A stretch of 57,113 nucleotides of DNA from Corallococcus exiguus (GTDB lineage Bacteria; Myxococcota; Myxococcia; Myxococcales; Myxococcaceae): assembly GCF_012985225.1 (NCBI RefSeq), contig NZ_JABEKZ010000024.1; one strand, given 5' to 3'. Both the position numbers and the translations under genes were made by a program. Shown piece after piece: positions 28,748 through 38,922 of this stretch (position 1 is its first letter; each line of letters opens with the position of its first letter). Below the pieces are notes generated by a model. The model searched no databases and was not told the DNA's origin. It worked only from the letters and a program-made list of their open reading frames with translations.

Positions 28748-30276
28748 CAGGAAGCGGTCTTCTTGAAGGCCAGGCCCAGCTCGCGGCTGAGCGCCGTGGT
28801 GTCGGAGAGCAGCTTGGGCAGGCACGCGGCGGCCCCGGCGCGCAGCGACGCCAGCGCCGTGTCCATGGTGAGGTGCTCGGCCAGGACGACGAAGGGCGCG
28901 CCCTGGCTCAGGGCCCGGGCCAGCTCCAGCGCCTTCTTGCCGTAGGCCGGCGCGAAGTCCCAAGACACCACCACGCCCACGGGCGGATCCATGGTGGCCA
29001 CCTCCGCGCCCGCGACGACGCGCGCCTCCAGGCCCAGCAGCGTCAGCGCCTCTGAAATCAGCCGCGCGGTGGCCGGGTTGTCCTCCAGCACGTCCACCCG
29101 GCGCACGCCAGCGCTGGGGGCGGGGACAGGCGGCGCGGCCGGCGTGTACAGCGCCTGCCGCAGCAGCGCGCGCACCTGTCGGATGTCGTCGAAGGGCTTG
29201 AGCAGGTAGTCCACCAGGCCCAGCTGCAGCGCCTGCTGCGTCGTCACCAGCGAGGGGTAGCCCGTCATCAGGATGACGCGCGACGCGGGGTCCAGCTTCC
29301 TCGCGTGCTGGGCCAGCTCCAGGCCGGAGATTCCGGGCAGGTTCTTGTCCGTGACGATGAGGTCCACGCGCGACGAGCGGAGGATTTCGAGCGCGGCCTC
29401 GCCCGTGGCCGCTTCAATGACTTCGCACTCCTTGTCCATCAGGTCCTTGAAGACCATCCGGATGATGCCCTCGTCGTCCACCACCAGCAGGCGCTTGCGC
29501 GGCGGGCGCGGCGCGTCCGTGGGCGGGAAGAGCACGCGGAACACCGTGGCCGGGGGCGGCACCTCGCGCAGCGTCGTGGGCGGCACCAGGGCAACCTGCG
29601 CGTGGTGCTCCTGCGCGATGCGACGACAGACGGCGAGCCCCAGGCCCGTGCCGCGTTTGCTGGCGGAGACGTAGGGCTCGAAGATGCGCGTCTTCAGCTC
29701 GTCCGGGATGCCCGGTCCCCAGTCGGAAACGTAGAGGGCCGCGGAGGCGCCATCGCGCGTGAGCGTCACCTTCACGCGGCCCCGGCCGGACATGGCGTCG
29801 CGGGCGTTGTTGAGCAGGTTGAGCGTGAGCTGCTCAATCAGCCGCGCGTTGCCCTGGATGGTGAGGTCCTCGGGGGCCTCCACCTCCAGCGAGATGCGCG
29901 CCGAGTCCGGGTTGACGCTGAACACCTTCGCCGCCGCCCAGATGGGCGCGGCCAGGGACAGCCGCTGCTGCGGGGCCGGCCGCTCGCTGGCCAGGCGGAT
30001 GAAGTCGGAGACAATCTGCTCCATCCGCTCCACCTGCGCGAGCAGCAGCTTCAGCGGGCCGCTGGAGCCTCCTTCCTCGGCCAGCAGCTGGGCGTAGGCC
30101 TTCGCGCCCAGGAGGGGCTGACGCAGCTCATGGAGGACCTCCGCGGCGACCTGATGGGTATGGGCGTTGGCGCGTTGCAGCGCCACGGCCGCGACCCGTG
30201 CCTTCTCCAGGTCCCCCGCGTCCAGGGCCTGGAGCAGCTGCGCGAGCGGCGAGGGGGTCTCCATGCACGGGAGCAT
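28747..30276 (-). CDS. Hybrid sensor histidine kinase / response regulator (HisKA, HATPase, receiver, and a second receiver-like domain)
   Basis: The H-box is LHELRQPL. N/G-box-like segments follow (NLLNNARDA, DWGPGIP, GTGLGLAV). The receiver is ...LLVVDDEGIIRMVFKDLMD...LIVTDKNLPGISG. Confidence 0.75.
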   Translation of the reverse strand: MLPCMETPSPLAQLLQALDAGDLEKARVAAVALQRANAHTHQVAAEVLHELRQPLLGAKAYAQLLAEEGGSSGPLKLLLAQVERMEQIVSDFIRLASERPAPQQRLSLAAPIWAAAKVFSVNPDSARISLEVEAPEDLTIQGNARLIEQLTLNLLNNARDAMSGRGRVKVTLTRDGASAALYVSDWGPGIPDELKTRIFEPYVSASKRGTGLGLAVCRRIAQEHHAQVALVPPTTLREVPPPATVFRVLFPPTDAPRPPRKRLLVVDDEGIIRMVFKDLMDKECEVIEAATGEAALEILRSSRVDLIVTDKNLPGISGLELAQHARKLDPASRVILMTGYPSLVTTQQALQLGLVDYLLKPFDDIRQVRALLRQALYTPAAPPVPAPSAGVRRVDVLEDNPATARLISEALTLLGLEARVVAGAEVATMDPPVGVVVSWDFAPAYGKKALELARALSQGAPFVVLAEHLTMDTALASLRAGAAACLPKLLSDTTALSRELGLAFKKTAS

Positions 30277-30432
30277 GGCGGAGGCAGGTGTTCACGCGCA
30301 ACGCACCCCCAGCGGGATTCGGTTGACCGCGCTCGCGACCGAACGGATGCTCGCGCACGTCCTCCAGCCCGGCCTGACGGAACGTCGTTGCCCGCTCGCT
30401 TGCTGGAAACCCTCCCTGTCGCTGAGGTCCTC

Positions 30433-30822
30433 ATGCCGCAGACGAACCCGTTCCACTCGCTGGTGCCCCGGAAGCTGACGGACTCCGAACTGGCCCGCTC
30501 CATCCGGCTCAACATCGAGGCGGAGCTGGACGCCATCAACCTCTACGCCGCGCACCTGGACGCGACGGACAACGAGGAGGCGAAGGCCATCCTGCGGCAC
30601 GTCATGGACGAGGAGCGCGAGCACGCGGCCCTCTTCTGGCAGCTCATCGCGCGGTTGGATCCGGAGCAGGCCCAGCACGACCGCGAGGCGTCGCAGAAGT
30701 ACCGCCTCATCACCACCGGCGCGTCTCACGAAGAGGTGGAGGCGGTGGGCGAGGGCGGCGGCGGCGTGCCCGCGGAAGTGGAGCTGCCCAAGCACCTCAC
30801 CGTGGGCAGCCTGCGCAAGTAG
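30433..30822 (+). CDS. encC: Ferritin-like / rubrerythrin-type encapsulin cargo protein (EncC-like) with a C-terminal targeting peptide
   Basis: 129 aa. Diiron-type ExxH motifs (IEAELDAINLYAAH, EEREHAALF). The C-terminal ...PKHLTVGSLRK resembles the family-1 encapsulin cargo-loading peptide of the M. xanthus EncB/C/D type. No encapsulin shell gene lies within the window. Confidence 0.55.
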   Translation: MPQTNPFHSLVPRKLTDSELARSIRLNIEAELDAINLYAAHLDATDNEEAKAILRHVMDEEREHAALFWQLIARLDPEQAQHDREASQKYRLITTGASHEEVEAVGEGGGGVPAEVELPKHLTVGSLRK

Positions 30823-30836
30823 CGCGCGTCCGGCGT

Positions 30837-32225
30837 TCAGCCCTGGCCCTGCGGGGGCGGGGGATTCTGACGGCGCTCGGCCGGGGTGGCTTCCAGGTCC
30901 TGCGCCGCCATGTAGACGACGTTCCGGGTGCCGCGCTTGCCCCGGTACATGGCCCGGTCGGACAGGTCCAGCAGGTGGTCCTTGTCCTGGGCATGCTCCG
31001 GGAAGCTGGCCACGCCGATGCAGGTGGTGAGCTTGAGCGCCAGCCCCTCGCGGCCCAGGAACTGATGGGTCTCCATGGTGCGGCGGATGCGCTCGGCGAC
31101 CTTGAGGGCCCCGCCGGAGTCCGTGCCGCGCAGGAGCACCACGTACTCGTCGCCGCCGAAGCGCGCCACCACGTCCGGGTCGCGCACGCAGCCCTTGAGC
31201 ACGCGCGCGGCCTCCACCAGCACCCGCGAGCCCACCAGGTGCCCGTGCGTGTCGTTGATGGCCTTGAAGCGGTCCAGGTCCAGGAACAGCAGGGAGAAGG
31301 GGCGCTCCGTCTGGAGGGCCTCGTTCACCTCGCGGTCCAGCACCAGGTGCAGGTAGCGCGTGTTGAACAGGCGGGTGAGATCATCGACGTAGGCCAGGTC
31401 CTCCACGGCGGCGAAGCGGCCCAGGTTGCGCAGGGCCAGCGCCCAGTTGCGCACGAGGAAGCCCACGGTCTCCGCGTGGTGCTCCGCGGGCGCGTTGTCG
31501 TGGAAGAGCACCGCGTGGCCCAGCACCAGCTCGCCGTCCACGGCGGGGAAGGAGAGGGTGCGCGGCCAGGGAACTTGAAGTCCGTCGAGCTCCACCTGCG
31601 TGCGCGTGCCCGAAAGCCGCTCGATGAGCAGCGGGACGAGCGCCTCGTGCAGGTCCACCGGCAGCCCGCGCATGCCGTGCGAGCGGAAGCCCGTGCCGCC
31701 AGGGTCCCGCTCCAGGAGCATCACCGCGGAGGCGTTGGCCATGGACTCCAGCGCGTCGGACGCGGCCGTGGACAGCCGCTCGCGGTCGAGCGTGGTGGCG
31801 ATGCGCTGGCCCGCCTCCAGCAGCGCGACGTGCTGGCGCAGGGACGCGTTCTCACGCATCAGGTCGCGCGTGGTGAGCGCGCGGCGCAGCGCGTGCTCCA
31901 GGGCCTCCGGCGCCACGGGCTTGACCAGGTACTCCGCCGCGCCGCTCTTGATGGCGCGCACCGCGGGGGCCACCTTGTCCAGGCCGGTGATGACCAGCAC
32001 CTCCACGCCGGGGTAGCGCTCGCGCACGTGGCGAAGCACCTCCATGCCGTCGCCGCCGGGGAGGATGAGGTCCGTCACCACCGCGTCGAACCGCGCCGCG
32101 GAGAGTGCGGCCTTCGCGTCCGCCACGGTGGGCACCGCCGTGACCAGGTGTCCCGCGGCCGTGAGGTAGTCGCCGTAGAGATTGCGGGCGATCTTTTCGT
32201 CGTCGACGAGGAGCAGTCGCGCCAT
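30837..32225 (-). CDS. Response regulator with receiver, GAF-like and GGDEF (diguanylate cyclase) domains
   Basis: The receiver is LLLVDDEKIARNLYGDYL...VVTDLILPGGDG. The GGDEF active-site motif is RFGGDEYVVLL. Confidence 0.75.
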   Translation of the reverse strand: MARLLLVDDEKIARNLYGDYLTAAGHLVTAVPTVADAKAALSAARFDAVVTDLILPGGDGMEVLRHVRERYPGVEVLVITGLDKVAPAVRAIKSGAAEYLVKPVAPEALEHALRRALTTRDLMRENASLRQHVALLEAGQRIATTLDRERLSTAASDALESMANASAVMLLERDPGGTGFRSHGMRGLPVDLHEALVPLLIERLSGTRTQVELDGLQVPWPRTLSFPAVDGELVLGHAVLFHDNAPAEHHAETVGFLVRNWALALRNLGRFAAVEDLAYVDDLTRLFNTRYLHLVLDREVNEALQTERPFSLLFLDLDRFKAINDTHGHLVGSRVLVEAARVLKGCVRDPDVVARFGGDEYVVLLRGTDSGGALKVAERIRRTMETHQFLGREGLALKLTTCIGVASFPEHAQDKDHLLDLSDRAMYRGKRGTRNVVYMAAQDLEATPAERRQNPPPPQGQG

Positions 32226-33090
32226 GACTGTTCAGGGCTTAGCACCCAACGCTGGAAGGCTGCTAGGGTCCCGGGCCGTGCCCTTTGAAAGCGGACGGCG
32301 GCTCTGCCTGCTGGTGGAGGCCGGAGAGACGCGCTACGCGGTGGAGGCCACCTCCGTCATCGAGGTCGCGATGCCGGGCGCTCGCGGCGCGAGTCTGCGC
32401 GGCGTACTGGAAGTGAAGGACCTCGCCGCGTTGCTCGGCGGCCTGCCTGAGGAAGTGCCGGGCATGGTGGTGGTCCTGGACGTCAGCCCCACGCTCGCGG
32501 TGCGGGTGCGCGCCGTGGTGGAGGTCGCGGACGTCGCGAGGGATCCGTTCTTCCTGCTGCCTCCGGGACTGGCGGACTCGCTGGCGCCGCTGAGCCGGGG
32601 CGCGGTGCTGCACAAGGACCGGCTGTACCTGGAGCTCATCGTGGAGGCGCTGCCGCACCGGGCGGGCCCCCGGGCGACCCCGCCAGAGCCCCGGCCCGTG
32701 CACTATGCGGACGAGCCCCCTGAGCGGGCGCTGGTGCTGGAGTCCCAGGGGGTGCTGTTCGGCGTCCCGCTGGGTTGCGTCTCCCAGGTGGTACCCCGGG
32801 GCGAGGCGTTCAGCGTCCTCCCGGTGCAGAGCGGGCCGGTGGCGGGCGTCTATCCCCACGCGCAGGCGCTATGGCCCATCTGTTCGATTCCAGCGCTGCT
32901 GGGTGCGCCGGCCCAGGCGGAGGAGTTGTTCGTCCTCACGGAAATGGCGGGGCGGAACGTGGGGCTGGCGGCCAACCGGGTGCTGGGTGTGCTGCAGAAG
33001 TTCAAGCCGGCCGAGCTTCCCGGAACGTTCCGGGCGCCGGGGCTGCCGGATCCGGTGATGTTACTGGACCTGCAGCGCATGTTTTCTTGA
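32224..33090 (+). CDS. CheW-like domain protein, probably two CheW-like modules
   Basis: The pattern RLCLLVEAGETRYAVEATSVIEV... recurs in the second half (ALVLESQGVLFGVPLGCVSQVV). The start is uncertain; ATG 32224 overlaps the divergent start at 32225. Confidence 0.5.
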   Translation: MTVQGLAPNAGRLLGSRAVPFESGRRLCLLVEAGETRYAVEATSVIEVAMPGARGASLRGVLEVKDLAALLGGLPEEVPGMVVVLDVSPTLAVRVRAVVEVADVARDPFFLLPPGLADSLAPLSRGAVLHKDRLYLELIVEALPHRAGPRATPPEPRPVHYADEPPERALVLESQGVLFGVPLGCVSQVVPRGEAFSVLPVQSGPVAGVYPHAQALWPICSIPALLGAPAQAEELFVLTEMAGRNVGLAANRVLGVLQKFKPAELPGTFRAPGLPDPVMLLDLQRMFS

Positions 33091-33207
33091 TCGGCCCAAC
33101 GCGCGAATCCTAAGCTTCTCCGATTGACACAGGGCGTGCAGGCAGGCTTGCTCGCCCGAAATCTCAAACGAATTCAGGGGGGTATGCGCCCCCCGAGGCC
33201 GGAGCCG

Positions 33208-34470
33208 ATGCCCAAGAATCTACTGATCGCCGACGACTCGCTCACCATCCGCAAGGTGATCGGGATGATCTTCGCGACGGAAGACTTCCAGGTGACCGCG
33301 GTGGACAACGGGCTGGACGCCATCTCCCGCACGCGCGAGCTGCGTCCGGACGTGGTGCTCGCCGACGTGATGATGCCGGGCAAGAGCGGCTACGAGGTCT
33401 GCGAGGCGCTCAAGGGCGACCCCTCCACGCAGGCCATCCCGGTGCTGCTGCTCGCCGGCACCTTCGAGGCGTTCGACGAGAACCGCGCGAAGGCCGCCCG
33501 GGCGGATGACCACATCACCAAGCCCTTCGAGAGCCAGATCCTCCTCGACAAGGTGAAGGCGCTGGTGGGCCAGAAGTCCAACACGATGCCCGCGTCCGCC
33601 GCGACGCGCATTCTGCCCCAGACCTCCGCCCCGAGCGCTCCAGTCAGCGCGCCGCCCGCCGCCGCCGTGCCGCCGGGTGCGCGTCCCGCGGGTGCGCCGC
33701 CTCCGGGCGCCATGCCGCCGGGTGCGCGTCCTCCTCCGGGTGCCGTGCCTCCGGGCGCGCGTCCTCCGGGCGCTGGTGTGCCTCCTCCTCCGGGTGCGGC
33801 GCGTCCGCTGCCGGGCGCTGTTCCTCCGGGCGCGCGTCCTCCGGGTGCGCCGCCTCCGGGCGCCATGCCGCCGGGTGCACGTCCTCCGCCGGGTGCGCCG
33901 CCTCCGGGCATGGGCGCGCGTCCTCCGGGTGCGCCGCCTCCGGGCGCCATGCCGCCGGGTGCGCGTCCTCCTCCGGGTGCCGTGCCTCCGGGCGCGCGTC
34001 CTCCGGGTGCGCCGCCTCCGGGCATGGCCGCGCGTCCTCCGGGCCCTGGCGCCCCGAACATCCCGGGCGGCTTCCCGCGTCCTCCGGGCGCCGCGCCGCT
34101 GCCGTCCGCGCCCCCGCCCGCCGCGGTGCCTCCGGCCGCCCGTGCCCGGGATCCGTTCGGGCTGGGCGCTCCGGCCGCCCCGCCCGCGGCGCAGGCCCGC
34201 ACGGAGAGCATCCGCATCGAGGACTCGCTGCCCGAGCCCAGCGGCGCGGAGGAGATCTCCCTGGACATCGGCGGCCCCTCGCCGGCGACTCCGCCCGCGC
34301 GCGCCCGTCCGGCCGCGGATGGCGGAGAGGCGCTGCTGCGCGAGGCGCTGTCGAAGGCGTCCCGCGAGGTCATCGAGAAGATTGCCTGGGAGGTCGTTCC
34401 GCAGCTGGCGGAGACCATCATCCGGGAAGAGCTGGAGCGGCTCATCAAGGACCGCGAGACCCAGCATTGA
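33208..34470 (+). CDS. romR: RomR-like polarity/motility response regulator: receiver domain, long Pro-rich repeat linker and conserved C-terminal helical region
   Basis: Starting at MPKNLLIADDS gives 420 aa, the length I recall for RomR. There are about 20 degenerate PGARPPGAPPPGAMP repeats, and the C-terminus is ...EVIEKIAWEVVPQLAETIIREELERLIKDRE. Confidence 0.55.
   Translation: MPKNLLIADDSLTIRKVIGMIFATEDFQVTAVDNGLDAISRTRELRPDVVLADVMMPGKSGYEVCEALKGDPSTQAIPVLLLAGTFEAFDENRAKAARADDHITKPFESQILLDKVKALVGQKSNTMPASAATRILPQTSAPSAPVSAPPAAAVPPGARPAGAPPPGAMPPGARPPPGAVPPGARPPGAGVPPPPGAARPLPGAVPPGARPPGAPPPGAMPPGARPPPGAPPPGMGARPPGAPPPGAMPPGARPPPGAVPPGARPPGAPPPGMAARPPGPGAPNIPGGFPRPPGAAPLPSAPPPAAVPPAARARDPFGLGAPAAPPAAQARTESIRIEDSLPEPSGAEEISLDIGGPSPATPPARARPAADGGEALLREALSKASREVIEKIAWEVVPQLAETIIREELERLIKDRETQH
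33655..34075 (+). repeat. Tandem degenerate ~45-nt repeats encoding the Pro/Gly/Ala-rich linker
   Basis: Repeated ccgggtgcgcgtcctccgggtgcgccgcctccgggcgccatgccg units are visible directly in the sequence. Confidence 0.7.
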
Positions 34471-34523
34471 TTCGCAGTCCCCTCTGATTCCCCGCCGGCC
34501 CCGTCGGGGGCCGGCCGCTTGCA

Positions 34524-37500
34524 ATGACTGACACGACTGAACTGTCCAAGGCCTACGAGCCCTCCGAAGTGGAGGCGCGGTGGTACAACCACTGGCTGGA
34601 GCGCGACTACTTCCGCGCCGAAGCCCCTTCCTCCAAGCCGCCGTTCAGCATCGTGCTGCCGCCGCCCAACGTGACGGGCAGCCTGCACATCGGCCACGCG
34701 CTCACCGCGACCATCCAGGACATCCTCACGCGCTGGAAGCGGATGAGCGGCTTCAACGCGCTCTGGCTGCCCGGCACGGACCACGCGGGCATCGCCACGC
34801 AGATGGTGGTGGAGAAGGAGCTCAAGAAGACGGAGGGCAAGAGCCGCCACGACCTGGGCCGCGAGGCGTTCCTCGAGCGCGTCTGGACGTGGAAGGGCAA
34901 GTTCGGCGCGCGCATCGGTGAGCAGCACCGCTACCTGGGCGCGTCCCTGGACTGGAGCCGCGAGCGCTTCACCATGGACGAGCAGTCCTCGGCCGCGGTG
35001 CGCGAGGTGTTCGTCCGGCTGTACGAAGAGGGCCTGATGTACCGGGCCCAGAAGCTGATCAACTGGTGCCCGTCCTGCCGCACGGCCCTCTCCGACCTGG
35101 AAGTGGAGCACGAGGAGAAGAACGGCTCGCTCTGGCACATCCGCTACCCGGTGAAGGGCACGGAGCGCTTCCTCACCGTGGCGACGACGCGCCCGGAGAC
35201 GCTGCTGGGCGACACGGCCGTCGCCGTGCACCCGGAGGATCCGCGCTACCAGGACCTCATCGGCAAGCGCGTGGCGCTGCCGCTCACCGACCGTGAGATT
35301 CCGGTCATCGCGGACGGCGAGCTGGTGAACATGGAGTTCGGCACCGGCGTGGTGAAGGTCACGCCCGCGCACGACTTCAACGACTACCAGACGGGCCTGC
35401 GCCACAAGCTGCCGATGCTGTCCATCCTGGACGAAGCGGCGCGGATGACGAAGGACACCGGCAAGTACGCGGGCCTGGAGAGCCGGGAGGCGCGCACGCA
35501 GGTGCTGGCGGACCTGACGGAGCTGGGCCTGCTGGAGAAGGAGGAGCCGCACAAGCTGAACGTGGGCACCTGCCAGCGCTGCACCACGGTGGTGGAGCCG
35601 CGCCTGTCGCCGCAGTGGTTCATCAAGATCGAACCCCTGGCGAAGCCGGCCATCCAGGCCGTGGAGGAGGGCCGCACCAAGTTCGTCCCCGAGTCGTGGA
35701 CGAACACGTACTTCCACTGGATGAACAACATCCACGACTGGTGCGTGAGCCGCCAGCTGTGGTGGGGCCACCAGATTCCGGCGTGGTACTGCGCGGCGTG
35801 CACCCCGGCGGAAGAGCGCTCGAAGGACACGGCGGACGTCATCGTGTCGCGCACGGCGCCGGAGTCCTGCCCGAAGTGCGGCGGCAAGGAGCTGACGCAG
35901 GATCCGGACGTGCTGGACACCTGGTTCTCGTCCGCGCTGTGGCCGTTCTCCACGCTGGGCTGGCCGAAGCAGACGGCGGACCTCCAGACCTTCTACCCGA
36001 CGTCCGTGATGGAGACGGGCCACGACATCATCTTCTTCTGGGTCGCCCGGATGATGATGATGGGCCTGCATTTCATGAACGACGTGCCCTTCCGCACCGT
36101 GTACCTGCACGCGATGGTGCGCGACGAGAAGGGCGAGAAGATGTCCAAGACGAAGGGGAACGTCATCGATCCCCTGGACGTCATCCTCGGCGCGAAGGCG
36201 GAGTCGCTGCAGCCGTCCTTGCGCAACCGCTTCCCGCAGGGCATGCCCGCGCACGGCGCGGACGCGCTGCGCTTCACGTTGGCGTCGCTCACGCAGCAGG
36301 GCCGTGACATCAAGCTGTCGATGGACCGCCTGGGTGGCTACAAGGCGTTCTGCAACAAGCTGTGGAACGCCAGCCGCTTCGCCCTGATGAACATGGGCGA
36401 CTTCAGCCTGGACAAGACGCCGCTGGAGGGCCGCAAGCTGACGCTGGCGGACCGGTGGATCCTCTCCCGCCTGCAGAAGGCCACCGAGGAGACGCGCGCG
36501 TCGCTGGAGGCGTTCGGCTTCGCGGAGGCCGCGTCCACGCTGTACCAGTTCCTGTGGGCGGAGTTCTGCGATTGGTACATCGAGCTGGCGAAGGGCTCGT
36601 TGTACGGCGACGACGCGGAGGCCAAGGACACCACGCGCGCGGTGCTGGTGACGTGCCTGGACCGCATCCTGCGGCTGATGCACCCGTTCATGCCGTTCAT
36701 CACCGAGGAGATCTGGCAGAAGCTGCCGATGTCCCGGCCCACGGAGAGCATCTGCATCGCGGCCTACCCGGCGCCGGAGACGGCGTGGGTGGACGCGGCC
36801 GCGGAAGGCGAGATGGCGCCGGTCATCGCGGCCATCGAGGGCCTGCGCACGCTGCGCGGCGAGAGCAACCTGCCGCCGTCCGCCAAGGTGAAGGCGGTGG
36901 TGCAGAGCCCGGACGCGACGACGCGCGAGCTGTTGGAGCGTTGGCGCGCGTACCTGATGCCGCTCGCGGGCCTGTCCGAGGTGGTGGTGGGCCCCCCGGG
37001 CGCCAAGCCTCCGCAGGCGGCGGCGTTCGTGAGCGGCAACCTGGAAATCTACGTGCCCCTGGCGGGCCTGGTGGACCTGGACGCGGAGCGCGACCGCCTG
37101 AAGAAGGAGATCGTCCGCGCCGAGCAGGAACTCGCCGGTTTGCAGCGCAAGCTGGACAACCCGAACTTCGTGGCCCGTGCTCCGCCGGACGTGGTGGAGA
37201 AGGACAAGGCCCGGGTGGCGGAGCTCCAGGAGCGCACGGTCAAGCTGCAGGATCACCTCCAGCGCATCGCCCCGGAGCCCCCCATGTCCGAGACGCCGTC
37301 GCCGTTGCCGGGCAGCACCGAGTCCGAAGCCCCTGAAGCGTCCGAGTCCCTCGCGCCTGAGAGCGCCCAGGTGAAGGTGGCCACCGAGCCGCAGGCACCG
37401 AAGGACGAAGCGGTGAACCTGGGCCAGGAGCTGAAGGGCGAGATTGAAGCCGAAGAGGCTTCGCAGGCGCCCCAGGCCGCGGATCCGATGGTGGAGGAGG

Positions 37501-38003
37501 CCCTCAACAAGCTGCGCGAGGGCACCAAGGAAGGGCTGTCCCCGGCGGACCACCACGACCTGGGCGTCGCGTACATGAGCATGGGCCTCGTGGACGACGC
37601 GATGCGCGAGTTCGACCGGGCCAAGGAGGGCGGCGACGCCCGCGAGGCGCCGGAGGGCTCGGCGAAGCCGGTGAAGAAGGCTCCGACGAAGAAGGCCTCC
37701 GCGAAGAAGGCGGCGGTGAAGAAGGCCCCTGCGAAGAAGGCCTCCGCGAAGAAGGCGGCGGTGAAGAAGGCCTCCGCGAAGAAGGCGGCGAGCAAGAAGT
37801 CCGCCGCGAAGAAGGCCCCTGCGAAGAAGGCTTCCGCGAAGAAGGCAGCGGGCAAGAAGACGGCCGCGAAGAAGGCGGCGGTGAAGAAGGCTCCTGCGAA
37901 GAAGGCTTCGGCGAAGAAGGCGGCGGGGAAGAAGACCGCCGCGAAGAAGGCCGCGGCGAAGAAGACCACTCGGGGCAAGCCGGCTCGCAAGGCGCGCCGG
38001 TAG
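34524..38003 (+). CDS. valS: Valyl-tRNA synthetase with a ~240-aa C-terminal extension ending in a Lys/Ala-rich histone-H1-like tail
   Basis: HIGH ([14 protein letters not shown]) and KMSKS (KMSKTKGN) motifs, editing domain and coiled-coil anticodon-arm domain. The ORF then continues through an acidic linker and a TPR-like helix into about 17 AKKA-type repeats ([17 protein letters not shown]...) before the stop at 38003. Confidence 0.9.
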   Translation: MTDTTELSKAYEPSEVEARWYNHWLERDYFRAEAPSSKPPFSIVLPPPNVTGSLHIGHALTATIQDILTRWKRMSGFNALWLPGTDHAGIATQMVVEKELKKTEGKSRHDLGREAFLERVWTWKGKFGARIGEQHRYLGASLDWSRERFTMDEQSSAAVREVFVRLYEEGLMYRAQKLINWCPSCRTALSDLEVEHEEKNGSLWHIRYPVKGTERFLTVATTRPETLLGDTAVAVHPEDPRYQDLIGKRVALPLTDREIPVIADGELVNMEFGTGVVKVTPAHDFNDYQTGLRHKLPMLSILDEAARMTKDTGKYAGLESREARTQVLADLTELGLLEKEEPHKLNVGTCQRCTTVVEPRLSPQWFIKIEPLAKPAIQAVEEGRTKFVPESWTNTYFHWMNNIHDWCVSRQLWWGHQIPAWYCAACTPAEERSKDTADVIVSRTAPESCPKCGGKELTQDPDVLDTWFSSALWPFSTLGWPKQTADLQTFYPTSVMETGHDIIFFWVARMMMMGLHFMNDVPFRTVYLHAMVRDEKGEKMSKTKGNVIDPLDVILGAKAESLQPSLRNRFPQGMPAHGADALRFTLASLTQQGRDIKLSMDRLGGYKAFCNKLWNASRFALMNMGDFSLDKTPLEGRKLTLADRWILSRLQKATEETRASLEAFGFAEAASTLYQFLWAEFCDWYIELAKGSLYGDDAEAKDTTRAVLVTCLDRILRLMHPFMPFITEEIWQKLPMSRPTESICIAAYPAPETAWVDAAAEGEMAPVIAAIEGLRTLRGESNLPPSAKVKAVVQSPDATTRELLERWRAYLMPLAGLSEVVVGPPGAKPPQAAAFVSGNLEIYVPLAGLVDLDAERDRLKKEIVRAEQELAGLQRKLDNPNFVARAPPDVVEKDKARVAELQERTVKLQDHLQRIAPEPPMSETPSPLPGSTESEAPEASESLAPESAQVKVATEPQAPKDEAVNLGQELKGEIEAEEASQAPQAADPMVEEALNKLREGTKEGLSPADHHDLGVAYMSMGLVDDAMREFDRAKEGGDAREAPEGSAKPVKKAPTKKASAKKAAVKKAPAKKASAKKAAVKKASAKKAASKKSAAKKAPAKKASAKKAAGKKTAAKKAAVKKAPAKKASAKKAAGKKTAAKKAAAKKTTRGKPARKARR
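37668..37962 (+). repeat. Tandem 27/54-nt repeats (gcgaagaaggc...), the coding repeat behind the KA-rich tail
   Basis: Near-identical direct repeats are visible in the nucleotide sequence. Confidence 0.7.
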
Positions 38004-38012
38004 GAGGCGGAA

Positions 38013-38891
38013 GTGCAGCAGGATTATCTCGATCGGCTCATCGCGCTGTCCCTCGACGAGGACCTGGGTGCTGCGGGGGACGTCACCTCGCTGGCGGTGG
38101 TCCCCGCCGAAGCGGAGGGCAGCGGTGAGCTGGTCGCGAAGGAGCAGATGATCGTCGCCGGCCTGGACGCCTTCGTCCGCGTCTTCCACATGGTGGACGC
38201 GGAGGTGGAGGTGGAGGTCCTCAAGCGCGACGGCGAGGAGATCAAACCGAAGGTGGTCGCCGCGCGCGTCCACGGCAAGCTACGTTCGCTGCTGGCCGCG
38301 GAGCGCACGGCGCTCAACCTGGTGCAGCGCGCCGCCGGCATCGCGACGCTGGCCCAGCAGGCGATGACCTCCGTGCGGGGCTCGAAGCTGCGGGTGCTGG
38401 ACACGCGCAAGACGCCGCCGGGCATGCGAGGCCTCGCGAAGCACGCGGTGCGCATGGGAGGCGCGTCCAACCACCGCTTCGGCCTCTTCGACGGCATCCT
38501 CATCAAGGACAACCACATCGCGGCGGTAGGTGGCGACATCACCGAAGCGGTGCGCCGCGCGAAGCTGAACGGTCCCCGGCTGGTGAAGATTGAAGTGGAG
38601 GTCACCAACTTCAAGCAGCTGGAGGAGGCCATCGCCGCGGGCGCGGACGTCATCATGTTGGACAACATGGACGACGCGCAGATCCGCGAAGCGGTGAAGC
38701 TGACGGCGAGCCGCGTGCCCATCGAAGTGTCGGGCGGCGTCACGTTGGACCGGCTGCCCCGGCTGGCGAAGCTGGGCGTGGACTTCGTGTCGATGGGCGC
38801 GCTGACGCACTCGGCGCGGGCCATGGACCTGTCGCTGGAGATCGCGACGACGAAGAAGTCCACGCGCAAGCCCCGCTCCGCGCAGGGCTGA
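38013..38891 (+). CDS. nadC: Nicotinate-nucleotide pyrophosphorylase (carboxylating), quinolinate phosphoribosyltransferase
   Basis: 292 aa. It begins [31 protein letters not shown]... and includes [41 protein letters not shown]..., a typical NadC. GTG start 10 nt after the valS stop. Confidence 0.85.
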   Translation: MQQDYLDRLIALSLDEDLGAAGDVTSLAVVPAEAEGSGELVAKEQMIVAGLDAFVRVFHMVDAEVEVEVLKRDGEEIKPKVVAARVHGKLRSLLAAERTALNLVQRAAGIATLAQQAMTSVRGSKLRVLDTRKTPPGMRGLAKHAVRMGGASNHRFGLFDGILIKDNHIAAVGGDITEAVRRAKLNGPRLVKIEVEVTNFKQLEEAIAAGADVIMLDNMDDAQIREAVKLTASRVPIEVSGGVTLDRLPRLAKLGVDFVSMGALTHSARAMDLSLEIATTKKSTRKPRSAQG

Positions 38892-38922
38892 AGCGGTCAG
38901 CGGTCTTCACGAATCCGCAGAA

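Noticed and set aside
29305-30402. Upstream 370 codons of track ORF 29305..30822 on the plus strand
   Set aside because: Only the last 129 codons (30433..30822) form a plausible protein, the EncC-like one. The rest is antisense to the hybrid histidine kinase and reads as Arg/Gly-rich noise.
33390-38273. Giant 1627-aa minus-strand ORF antisense to valS and the RomR-like gene
   Set aside because: Its translation is low-complexity Arg/Leu/Gly-rich. It lies exactly opposite two well-supported genes. Long stop-free antisense frames are expected at 68% GC.
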